Below are positions 8,626 to 17,332 of a stretch of 64,000 nucleotides of DNA, in pieces. Each line of letters opens with the position of its first letter. Position 1 is the first letter of the stretch. The stretch lies in the NCBI RefSeq assembly GCF_048266585.1, contig NZ_JBLWZF010000014.1. One strand, 5' to 3'. Source of the DNA: Celeribacter sp. (GTDB lineage: Bacteria > Pseudomonadota > Alphaproteobacteria > Rhodobacterales > Rhodobacteraceae). Position numbers and translations under genes: made by a program. The notes beneath the pieces are model-generated. The model was given only the letters and a program-made list of their open reading frames with translations, had not been told where the DNA came from and did not search any database.

Positions 8626-9357
8626 TCAATAGCCGCGCGCAGGATCGACGATGCTGTCACAGGGCCCGCCATCTCGCAGCGCGCGGGCACAGGCGATGAC
8701 TTGCCGCACCAGTTCTTCGGGCAGGGTGTGGCTGGCGAGATGCGGGGTCAGGCGCAGTTTCGGATGCGCCCAGAACGGATGATCGGCGGGCAGGGGGTCT
8801 TGCCGAAAGACATCGAGAGAGGCGGCGGACATCTGACCGCTGTCGAGCGCCGCGATCAGATCACCTTCCACCAGATGCTCGTCGCGTCCGATCTGGATCA
8901 GCCGCGCGCCGGGCGCGAGGCGGGCGAAAAGATCGGCGTTGAGCGCGCCTTCGGTGGCCTTGGTCAGAGGCAAGAGATTGATCAGATAATCGGCACCGGT
9001 CGCGGCCTCCGTCACGGCCATGTCGCCGGAGAAATAGCGCACCTTTGGCAGGGGGCGGAGGGCGCGGATCTGGTCGAACCCGCGCTCGCAATGCAGCACC
9101 TCATGGGCGGCGAACCCGGCCATTTGATAGGCCTGCTCCGTGTCGCCAATGCGGGCGACCTTTATTTCGGGGCGCAGTTCGGGATGGGCCAGAAGCTGAT
9201 CGACACCTGCGCCCGCCGCGATCACCAGCTCCAGCGCAGGAAAAGGCCTCGGGCGCCGGTTCCCAACAGAGGGCCAAGTGGATGAGTTCTGGGGCCTCGT
9301 CCTCATCTGGTCACAACAGAAGGACGTCATCGGCAAGGGCGACGAAGACCGCGCCAT
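8626..9357 (-). pseudogene. glyoxylate/hydroxypyruvate reductase A-like 2-hydroxyacid dehydrogenase, degraded
   Basis: The fragment is clearly GhrA-like (AAGAGVDQLL ... YLINLLPLT ... LDVFRQDPLPADHPFWAHPKLRLTPHLAS ... VDPARGY). The segment that should carry the GxGxxG NAD-binding loop is absent (about 45 aa shorter than expected between HCERGFDQIR and YLINLLP). The N-terminal homology (VFVALADDVLLL-stop-PDEDEAPELIHLALCWEPAPEAF) sits in a different frame with a stop. Confidence 0.7.
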
Positions 9358-9537
9358 AGGTGGATTTCAGGTCAAAGTCCTGACTGCAATACGCACCTTA
9401 AATATTTGAATTGTATATATTTTATTTCATTTAAAGTCCTCCGTTTCGGGACTTTCTAGCAAGGCTTTTGGTTGTACAATAGCGGGCTGTCTGTGAGGAA
9501 TTTCACAGCGTCCTTGCCGGGATGCGGGCCCCCCTGA

Positions 9538-10263
9538 TCACCCGTTGCGGCGGAAATGCAGGCGCAACACAAGGATGTAGCCGATCACCATGACGGCGGC
9601 CAAGGCGAACCATGTCAAAGCGTAGCTCAGATGCGAGTTGCGGAAACTCACCACGGTTTTGCCGCCACGCGGCCAGCCGCGCGGGTCGGTCAGGTCTTGG
9701 TCGACAAAATAGGGTGCGGCTTGCGTATAACCCTTGGCCTCGGTGATTGAGGCGATGTCGCGGCGATACCAATTGCCGCCTTCGGGGTCGTTGTCGCGGG
9801 AGAACAGCCAGCCTTGGTCCTCGGAGAGGCGTAAAAGGCCGGTGAGGGTGGTCTCGCCGGTGATGTGGGTGAAGTCGCCTGCAAGGGCGCGGTCTTGCGG
9901 GACGACGCCGCGGTTGACCATCACGATGGTGCCGTCTGCGCGTTGCAAAGGGGTCAGGACCCAATAGCCGGGGCCGAAATCCGAAGGTGTGTAGATCAGA
10001 ACTTCGTCGTCATTGAGAAAACTGCCGGTCAAGGTGACGCGGGCGTATTCGTCTTTCTCCGCCGTGATTGCGGGCCACGCGTCGGGGCCGGGGGCCGGGA
10101 CGGGATCAGCGGCCAGACGTGTGTCGACCCGTTCGATCAGGTCGAGTTTCCACGACAGGCGCTTGACCTGCCAGATACCGAGGCTGGTGAAACCGGCCAG
10201 TCCAATGGCGGCGATCAGGGTGGCGACGATCAGTTTGGCGGAGAAGAAACGGGCAGGGCGCAT
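9538..10263 (-). CDS. SURF1-family cytochrome oxidase biogenesis protein
   Basis: 241 aa with an N-terminal TM segment followed by GIWQVKRLSWKLDLIERV, the typical SURF1 motif, and a C-terminal TM segment. It lies directly downstream of cyoABCD. Confidence 0.8.
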   Translation of the reverse strand: MRPARFFSAKLIVATLIAAIGLAGFTSLGIWQVKRLSWKLDLIERVDTRLAADPVPAPGPDAWPAITAEKDEYARVTLTGSFLNDDEVLIYTPSDFGPGYWVLTPLQRADGTIVMVNRGVVPQDRALAGDFTHITGETTLTGLLRLSEDQGWLFSRDNDPEGGNWYRRDIASITEAKGYTQAAPYFVDQDLTDPRGWPRGGKTVVSFRNSHLSYALTWFALAAVMVIGYILVLRLHFRRNG

Positions 10264-10331
10264 ATCGGTGTCCTTGATGGCAAACCGGGGCCACGTGGGC
10301 CCCGGCGTTTGGTGTACTCTGAGAGGAGAGA

Positions 10332-10748
10332 TCAGCCCTGTTGGGACTGAAGGCTCTGCATCTCTTCGATCATCTGATCCATTTCATGCTCGGGCATCAT
10401 GTTCTCGTTCATGTTGTGCATGACCCACAGAGAGCCCGCCAGAACGATGACGAGGATGATCACCGCCAACATGGTCGACATGAAGGTGCTGCCCTCTTCG
10501 GACTTGGTGCTCAAGTGCAGGAAGAACTTCAAATGCACGATGATCTGAACGGCGCCCAGGCCCATGATGATGCCGACCAACGTGGTGCGGTCCATCTCGA
10601 CCTCGGCCATGACGAGGCCGAAGGGGATGATGGTCAGGATCGCGGCGAGCGCGAAGCCGATCATCAGCTGTCCCATAGTGCCGTGGTCGTGATCACCGTG
10701 ATGGTCACCGTGAGGGGCGTCGTGGTGGGAATGCGTATCAGCAGACAT
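10332..10748 (-). CDS. cyoD: cytochrome o ubiquinol oxidase subunit IV
   Basis: 138 aa with three TM helices and a His-rich N-terminal extension. It holds the position after cyoC. Confidence 0.75.
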   Translation of the reverse strand: MSADTHSHHDAPHGDHHGDHDHGTMGQLMIGFALAAILTIIPFGLVMAEVEMDRTTLVGIIMGLGAVQIIVHLKFFLHLSTKSEEGSTFMSTMLAVIILVIVLAGSLWVMHNMNENMMPEHEMDQMIEEMQSLQSQQG

Positions 10749-11353
10749 CAGATCAACCTCACGAGATAGACAAAGGAAAACACGCCGATCCAGATCAGAT
10801 CAAGGAAGTGCCAGAACACCGACAACGTGCCGAGGCGACGCATGTTGGCCGTGGTGAGCCCGTGGGCCTTGATCTGCGTCAGAAGCGTCACGAGCCAGAT
10901 GAGGCCGCCCGTCACGTGCAGACCGTGGGTGCCCACGAGCGCGAAGAAGGACGACAGGAAGGCCGAACGATCCGGGCCTGCGCCGATGTGGATCAGGTGA
11001 CGGAACTCATAAAGCTCCATCGCGATAAAGCCCGCGCCCAGAAGGCCGGTGATCACCAGCCACATCATCGTGCCGTCGCGTTTGCCCTTGCTGGCCTGGA
11101 GCATGGCGAGGCCGAAGGTGATCGAGGAGAACAGCAGCAAAGCCGTCTCGATGGCGACGAACCCGGGCTCGAACAAATCCTTCGGCCCCGGCCCGCCCGC
11201 GAACCCGCCGCCCAGGACGGCATAGGTCGCGAAAAGCGCACCGAAGATGATGCAGTCGCTCATCAGGTAAATCCAGAACCCGATGGGCGTGGGGCTTTCG
11301 TGATGCACCTCGTGTTGGGCGATGCTCACGCTTGCGGTTGGGGAGTGGCTCAT
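10748..11353 (-). CDS. cyoC: cytochrome o ubiquinol oxidase subunit III
   Basis: 201 aa heme-copper oxidase subunit III-like protein ([28 protein letters not shown]). Its ends overlap the cyoB stop and the cyoD start. Confidence 0.85.
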   Translation of the reverse strand: MSHSPTASVSIAQHEVHHESPTPIGFWIYLMSDCIIFGALFATYAVLGGGFAGGPGPKDLFEPGFVAIETALLLFSSITFGLAMLQASKGKRDGTMMWLVITGLLGAGFIAMELYEFRHLIHIGAGPDRSAFLSSFFALVGTHGLHVTGGLIWLVTLLTQIKAHGLTTANMRRLGTLSVFWHFLDLIWIGVFSFVYLVRLI

Positions 11354-13341
11354 ACGGCGGCTCCTTTCGCCTCGGTTGCCGCGACCTCATCCACAGGGAT
11401 GTAGTAGTCGCGTTTGTAGTTGAAGGTATGCGCGATCCCGATGCCGACCATGGCGGCAAAGCTCAGGATGGCGAGCCACCAGATGTACCAGACCATGGCA
11501 AAGCCAAAGATCATCGCGATTGCAGAGAGCACCACACCGGTCGCCGTGCCTTTCGGCATGTGGATCGGCTTGTAGTTCTCTGTCGGCCATTTGAAGCCTT
11601 GTTGCTTCATGGTCCAGAACGCTTCGCGGCCTTTCACTTCCAGATCGAAGGGGAAGTTGTAAGCGGCGGGCGGGGACTGAGTGGCCCATTCGAGTGTGCG
11701 CGCATCCCACGGATCGCCACCGACACGGTTTTGCTTCCGATCCCGGATCGAGACGTAGAAGTTCATGAAGGTGCAGAGAATGCCCATGAGGATCAGCACT
11801 GCGCCGATTGCGGCGACGATGAAATAGGGCTGCCACCCGGCGTCGACATAGGAGTTCATGCGGCGCGTGACGCCCATGAGACCCAGTGCGTAGAGCGGCA
11901 TGAAGGCGACATAGAACCCGATGAACCAGAACCAGAAACTGCGCTTGCCCCATTTGTCGGACATCTGGAACCCGAAGGCTTTCGGCCACCAGTAGCTCAC
12001 GGCCGCATAGACCGCGAAGACCACGCCGCCGATGATCACGTTATGGAAGTGTGCGATCAGGAAGAGCGTGTTGTGGAGCTGGAAGTCGACCGGCGGCACG
12101 GCCAGAAGCACGCCCGTCATCCCACCGATGGTGAAGGTGACGAGGAAGCCAATGGTCCAGAGCATCGGAACTTCGAGACGCACGCTGCCTTTGTACATGG
12201 TGAAGAGCCAGTTGAAGATCTTCACACCCGTCGGCACGGCGATGATCATCGTGGTGATGCCGAAGAAGGTGTTCACATTGGCACCGGAGCCCATGGTGAA
12301 GAAGTGGTGCAACCACACCACGAAGGACAGCACCATGATACAGGCCGTGGCCCAAACCATCGTCTTGTAGCCAAAGATCGGCTTGCGCGAGAAGGTCGAG
12401 ACGATTTCCGAGAAGACACCAAAGCAGGGGATGATCAGGATGTAGACTTCCGGGTGACCCCAGATCCAGATCAGGTTGATGTACATCATCGCATTCCCAC
12501 CGAAGTCATTGGTGAAGAAGTGGAAATCTGCGTAACGGTCGAGGGTCAGAAGCGCCAGAGTGGCGGTCAGCACCGGGAAGGCGGCGACGATCAGCACGTT
12601 GGTGATCAGCGCGGTCCAGGTGAAGATCGGCATGTCCATGAGCTTCATGCCCGGTGCGCGCATCTTGAGCACCGTGGCGATCAGGTTGATCCCCGACAGC
12701 GTGGTGCCGACACCCGCGATCTGCAACGCCCAGAGGTAGTAATCCATCCCTGGTCCTGTCGAGTAACTCGATCCCGACAAGGGCGGGAAGGCCAGCCAGC
12801 CGACGCGTGCGAATTCACCGATAAAGAGCGAGACGTTGACCAAAAGCGCGCCCGACACCGTCATCCAGAAGGAGAAGTTGTTGAGGAACGGGAAGGCCAC
12901 ATCGCGCGCGCCGATCTGCATCGGCATGACGTAGTTCATGATGCCGGTGACGAAAGGCATCGCCACAAAGAAGATCATGATCACGCCGTGGGCGGTGAAC
13001 ACCTGGTCATAGTGGTGCGGGGGCAACCAGCCCTCTGATCCGCCAGCGGCCATGGCCTGTTGCGCGCGCATCATTAGCGCGTCGGCAAAGCCGCGGATCA
13101 TCATGACAAAGCCCAGCACCATATACATGATGCCGATTTTCTTGTGATCGACAGAGACGACCCAGTCGCGCCACAACGGGCCCCAGAGTTTGAAGTAGGT
13201 CATAAGCGCGAGGACCGCGAGGCCGCCCAGGGCGACGCCCGCGAAGGTCGCGACGAGGATGGGTTCGTGGATCGGAATCCACTCGAACGTCAGACGTCCG
13301 AAGATAGGCGAGAATGTTTCCGCCGGTTGTGCGTTAGCCAT
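11350..13341 (-). CDS. cyoB: cytochrome o ubiquinol oxidase subunit I
   Basis: Heme-copper oxidase subunit I motifs are present (WFFGHPEVY-like [28 protein letters not shown]). I chose the ATG at 13341 ([17 protein letters not shown]), which overlaps the cyoA stop (ATGGCTAA), rather than the track start at 13395. Confidence 0.85.
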   Translation of the reverse strand: MANAQPAETFSPIFGRLTFEWIPIHEPILVATFAGVALGGLAVLALMTYFKLWGPLWRDWVVSVDHKKIGIMYMVLGFVMMIRGFADALMMRAQQAMAAGGSEGWLPPHHYDQVFTAHGVIMIFFVAMPFVTGIMNYVMPMQIGARDVAFPFLNNFSFWMTVSGALLVNVSLFIGEFARVGWLAFPPLSGSSYSTGPGMDYYLWALQIAGVGTTLSGINLIATVLKMRAPGMKLMDMPIFTWTALITNVLIVAAFPVLTATLALLTLDRYADFHFFTNDFGGNAMMYINLIWIWGHPEVYILIIPCFGVFSEIVSTFSRKPIFGYKTMVWATACIMVLSFVVWLHHFFTMGSGANVNTFFGITTMIIAVPTGVKIFNWLFTMYKGSVRLEVPMLWTIGFLVTFTIGGMTGVLLAVPPVDFQLHNTLFLIAHFHNVIIGGVVFAVYAAVSYWWPKAFGFQMSDKWGKRSFWFWFIGFYVAFMPLYALGLMGVTRRMNSYVDAGWQPYFIVAAIGAVLILMGILCTFMNFYVSIRDRKQNRVGGDPWDARTLEWATQSPPAAYNFPFDLEVKGREAFWTMKQQGFKWPTENYKPIHMPKGTATGVVLSAIAMIFGFAMVWYIWWLAILSFAAMVGIGIAHTFNYKRDYYIPVDEVAATEAKGAAV

Positions 13342-14410
13342 TGCTTTTCTTCTCCGCGAAAACGAAATCCGGGCGACAGATTGCGTCGGGGTCATTCCAG
13401 AAGGCTTCGTGGAAGGCCTTCACTTCAACTTCGGGCAGATCGACGAGATTGCCGAAGCCGTCGATGGTGCGGGCGCGGTCGTAGCTATAGGCCGCCGCAT
13501 GCGGAATGCCCTCAAGGCCACCGCCACCCATTTCATCCTGCATCATCATGTGGCCCATGCAGACCTTGCCGTCTTCGACGCACATTTCGACGATCCGGCG
13601 GAACAGGCCCTCTTCGACGGAGGCGTAGCTGTGCACGGGCTCGTCGATGGTCGGTTTCTCAAGTTCGAGGTAGCTCGCGCGGTCCAGCGTGGGGCCGTCG
13701 GCCTTCACGTCTGCCACCCAGGCGTTGAAATCCTCGTCGGTCATTGCCAGCGTGTCGAAGGTCATGTGAGAGAACCCCGGACCCGAGTAATGCGCCGAAC
13801 GGCCCGGGAATGTGCCGGTCTCATCCGCGATCAGATGTAGTTTCGTCTCCATGCCGGTCATGGAATAGACCATGCCGCCAAGCGCCGGGATCGACAGAGT
13901 GTTCATCACGGTCGAGGACGTCAGCGAGAAATTCACCGGACGGCCTTCGGGGATCGCCAACTCGTTGACGGATGCCACACCGAATTCCGGATAGATAAAC
14001 AGCCATTTCCAGTCGAGCGACACGGCCTGAACCTCGATCGGATCGCCTGCTTCGAGGTGATCGAGCGGGCGATAGGGGTCGAGGCGGTGCGTGTACACAT
14101 AGGTGAACCAGCCGAGCGCGACGATGATCAGGATCGGCACACCCCAGATCGCGACTTCGATCTTGTTGGAATGTTCGAAGGTCGGATCGTAATCGGAGGT
14201 ATCCTCGCGATCAGCACGGTATTTCAGCGGGAAATAAACCGACATGACCAGCACGGGGATGATGACGATGAGCATGAGCAGGGTCGAAATGATCAACAGA
14301 TTGCGCTGTTGATCGCCAACCCAACCCTGTGGCGAAAGTACATGGTACTGACACCCGGACAGCGCAATAGCGCCGGCGAGGGCCAGCAGGAGGGTCCTGA
14401 GTCTAAGCAA
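13334..14410 (-). CDS. cyoA: cytochrome o ubiquinol oxidase subunit II (lipoprotein)
   Basis: A lipobox ([14 protein letters not shown]) is followed by two TM helices and a cupredoxin-like domain. The start is uncertain. A TTG at 14410 ([13 protein letters not shown]...) with AAAGG upstream gives a normal signal peptide, whereas the track ATG at 14575 adds 55 atypical residues. Confidence 0.8.
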   Translation of the reverse strand: MLRLRTLLLALAGAIALSGCQYHVLSPQGWVGDQQRNLLIISTLLMLIVIIPVLVMSVYFPLKYRADREDTSDYDPTFEHSNKIEVAIWGVPILIIVALGWFTYVYTHRLDPYRPLDHLEAGDPIEVQAVSLDWKWLFIYPEFGVASVNELAIPEGRPVNFSLTSSTVMNTLSIPALGGMVYSMTGMETKLHLIADETGTFPGRSAHYSGPGFSHMTFDTLAMTDEDFNAWVADVKADGPTLDRASYLELEKPTIDEPVHSYASVEEGLFRRIVEMCVEDGKVCMGHMMMQDEMGGGGLEGIPHAAAYSYDRARTIDGFGNLVDLPEVEVKAFHEAFWNDPDAICRPDFVFAEKKSNG

Positions 14411-15159
14411 TGTGCGTGCCTTTGTTATTGTCCGGCAGTCCGGCGACTCTTGCTTTGGTCGCCAGCACGCCGACCATGAGTTTGTGCCGCCGGGGCTACG
14501 CTTCTTGGCGCCGAGTCTCAAGCGCGACGGATTGACGCACTGCAGCATTGGCCAAGTTTTTCGGTGAATTTTCACAGGGAGTTGATGACAGATTCCACAA
14601 ACCTGTGCGCTGACGCATCTGGCGCTTACGAAATCTTATCACATGCATAATCTGGAATGAGATTGCGAAAATGTAAAGATCAAATATTCCCAGAGCCTGC
14701 TGGGGGCGGGCGGCGTCGTGACGTGGCCATGAGATCCTCATGGAGGATCAGGCGTTCGGACCGCGCGGATATCGTTTGTTCGACCATTCTACCGGAATGG
14801 GCGAAGTGGGTGTGTTGCCGGAAGTGATCTTGTCTCACCAATAGATTTGTCTGAGCGGTCGTTGCAGCTGAGCCTTGAATATGTGGGCAATACACAGGGT
14901 CAAGCTGGTCGGCGTTTTAGATGAGACGGTCGTTTTGAAACCCTCAGTCAGGTGGGGCGCCGAAAACGGTCTGCTGCATACAGCCTCATGATCGGGTCAA
15001 AGAAGACCCTGCATGTGAAACGCCTCACGCGATCACTGCGAATAACGCGGCTGAGCGGGATCACCGGCATGAAATTGCTGTTCAGGGACGCAACTCCAGA
15101 GCAATATTCTGAAACGCTCGCGCTAGAGAAATACAGCCTCAGGCAGACCATGTGGGTTC

Positions 15160-15561
15160 CTAAAACCACGCAATTTCCCCGGAGTCGTCTTCGGAGAGCG
15201 CAAAGGGCGCGTCGATATTGTCAAACAGCTTATGCGCCAGATGTCTGAGGCGAATGACCTCGCTTAAAGGGTCGATCTGCACCGTGGCGGATTCGGCTTG
15301 GGCTGCCAAATGCCCCATGACGCGTTGCAGATCGTCGATGGTTTGATGCAAGCGGTCAATCGCTTGCAAGCTGCGCTGAACCGCCGGGGACAGTGATTTT
15401 GCTTCGGCAAGGGTCGGACCCAAGGCGATCTGAACCTCTGCCGCAAGGATGACAAGCGCGACCATTTCATCTTGGATGCGCTTGTTCAAAGTCCCAAGCG
15501 GGATGGCCGCCGGCGCATTTGTGCTGCTCTCTTGCGGGGCGGATTCAGCAAAGGCTTTCAT
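15160..15561 (-). CDS. hypothetical helical protein, translationally coupled to the distal cheY
   Basis: 133 aa ORF. Its ATG shares one base with the cheY stop (TGATG at 15559-15563). No motif was recognised. The sequence is predicted mainly helical (LSPAVQRSLQAIDRLHQTIDDLQRVMGHLAAQ). Confidence 0.55.
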   Translation of the reverse strand: MKAFAESAPQESSTNAPAAIPLGTLNKRIQDEMVALVILAAEVQIALGPTLAEAKSLSPAVQRSLQAIDRLHQTIDDLQRVMGHLAAQAESATVQIDPLSEVIRLRHLAHKLFDNIDAPFALSEDDSGEIAWF

Positions 15562-15947
15562 CAGAGTTTGCCCACGATTGCTTCGATCGCCCCGCGCAAC
15601 CCTGCCGGATCGAATGGTTTTTTCAGAAAGTTGTTCATACCGAGGCGCTTGCCCATGTCGATGATTTCCCTGTCGGCCCGTCCGGTGATCAGGAGAAAGC
15701 CGACACCGCGCGTCGGGCCGTTGGAGCGCAGGGCATGCAAAAGCTGCAGGCCATCCATGCCCGGCATGTTGTAATCCGAAATCACGAGATGCACGGGATA
15801 GGCGGCCAGTTTCTGAAGTGCGGACGGCCCATCTGCTGCGCTGGCAACATTTCTGATGCCATATGAATCCAAAGCGTTTGTAATTAGTCCACGGCTCGTA
15901 GACATATCATCAACGACCATGACACGGAGTTGATCTCTAAGTGCCAT
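15561..15947 (-). CDS. cheY: chemotaxis response regulator CheY (second copy)
   Basis: 128 aa single REC domain (VMVVDDMSTSR, ISDYNMPGMDG, KKPF). Confidence 0.85.
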   Translation of the reverse strand: MALRDQLRVMVVDDMSTSRGLITNALDSYGIRNVASAADGPSALQKLAAYPVHLVISDYNMPGMDGLQLLHALRSNGPTRGVGFLLITGRADREIIDMGKRLGMNNFLKKPFDPAGLRGAIEAIVGKL

Positions 15948-16864
15948 CAGACAGGTCCTTTACTTTCATGCGCACCGATTGATGCGGGTGACGAGATGGT
16001 TTGTTTTGTTTTGTAGGTCGTGACGCCTGCGCTTTCGAAAAGCTGCGTCACGCTTTCGTTGAGACGTTCCGAATGTCCGAGCATCAGCCAGCCCCCAGGT
16101 TCCAGGATGTTGGCATAGCGTTTGTACAATCGAATTTGAGTTTCCTCGTCGAAGTAGATCACGACATTTCGGCAGAAAATGGCATCAAACTTTCCCTTCA
16201 TCGGCCAATCGGCATGAAGGTTGAGCTGACGGAAGGACACCATGTTTCTGACGTTGGGATTCACCGTCAGAGTCTCTTCGCCATCCTGATGGCTTTTCGT
16301 GAAAAAGCTCGCAATCGTCTGGTCGGTGAGCCCCGTCGTCAAAGATCCGAAGTATTGGCCGCTTTTGGCACGGGCAAGCACTTCTGGATCAATGTCCGTC
16401 GCAAGGATTTTCAAATCTTTCTGTGCCAAATCTGGCGCAGCTTTCAAAAGCGTCATCGCGATGGAGTAAGGTTCCTGACCGTTCGAACAGCCGGCGGACC
16501 AGATTCTGACCTTTCCACCGTTCGCCAGCTTTTGTTTCAGATGGGGAAGGATGGTGCCTGCCAGGTATTCGAAGTGATGATTTTCCCGAAAGAAATGCGA
16601 GACATTCGTTGTGAGCGCAGAAATGAAATTGTTCATTTCCGTGCGATCTCCCGAGGCTTCCAGAAAATCAAGATAATCGTCAAAACTGGACATTTTGAGC
16701 GCGCGCAGGCGTCGTGTCAGACGCGACTTGACCATGGAAACCTTTGACGCAGCCAGAACGATCCCGGCTTCACGCGCGGCTATTGCGGCAATGCGTGAAA
16801 AGGCACGATCAGAGATTGCGCTGGCCATTTTGGGGTGGCCGTTGATGGGAGACAGTTCGCTCAA
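15947..16864 (-). CDS. cheR: chemotaxis protein methyltransferase CheR
   Basis: 305 aa. It carries a SAM-binding motif (IWSAGCSNGQEPYSIAM) and the motif FCRNVVIYFD. Confidence 0.85.
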   Translation of the reverse strand: MSELSPINGHPKMASAISDRAFSRIAAIAAREAGIVLAASKVSMVKSRLTRRLRALKMSSFDDYLDFLEASGDRTEMNNFISALTTNVSHFFRENHHFEYLAGTILPHLKQKLANGGKVRIWSAGCSNGQEPYSIAMTLLKAAPDLAQKDLKILATDIDPEVLARAKSGQYFGSLTTGLTDQTIASFFTKSHQDGEETLTVNPNVRNMVSFRQLNLHADWPMKGKFDAIFCRNVVIYFDEETQIRLYKRYANILEPGGWLMLGHSERLNESVTQLFESAGVTTYKTKQTISSPASIGAHESKGPV

Positions 16865-17328
16865 GCGACCTCCTCGCCCTGCGGGGGCATGACGGCTTCG
16901 AGGTCCAGGATGCGGATCATACGACCTTCGACGATGGTCAGGGCGGAGACGAAGGTTCTTGCCTCGTCGGCTGCGAGATCCGGTGGGGGCTGCATTTCCT
17001 CAGAGGGGATGGCCAGGATGTCGGACACGGCATCCACCATCAGACCAGCCGTGCGCTCCCCGAGATCGACCACGATGATGACGTTGCGCTCCGTGTCTTC
17101 GCCGGTTTGAAGGCCAAGGCGTGCCGCAAGGTCGATAATCGGAAGCACCGTGCCGCGCAGGTTGATCACGCCTTTGACGAAAAAGGGCGCATGCGGCAGG
17201 GACGTGGCTTTCGCAGAGCCGCGAATTTCTCGAACGGACATGATGTCCACGGAGTAATCTTGACCGCCAACGCGGAAGGACAAGAGTTCGATCGAAGTGG
17301 AATCGGTCTGTTTTTCGGTGTCAGTCAT
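16861..17328 (-). CDS. cheW: chemotaxis coupling protein CheW
   Basis: 155 aa CheW-like domain (LLSFRVGGQDYSVDIMSVREI, VINLRGTVLPIIDL). Confidence 0.85.
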   Translation of the reverse strand: MTDTEKQTDSTSIELLSFRVGGQDYSVDIMSVREIRGSAKATSLPHAPFFVKGVINLRGTVLPIIDLAARLGLQTGEDTERNVIIVVDLGERTAGLMVDAVSDILAIPSEEMQPPPDLAADEARTFVSALTIVEGRMIRILDLEAVMPPQGEEVA

Positions 17329-17332
17329 GGTC

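Noticed and set aside
14582-14595. FNR/FnrL box (TTGAT-N4-ATCAA) upstream of cyoA
   Set aside because: Only the left half-site TTGAT is present. The right half reads GATTC, which has no match to ATCAA.
15160-15561. Calling the 133-aa che-linked ORF CheZ, CheX or CheD
   Set aside because: The size and sequence do not match CheD (conserved Cys/His motifs absent) or CheX/CheC. Any CheZ resemblance is limited to predicted helicity. It is kept as hypothetical.
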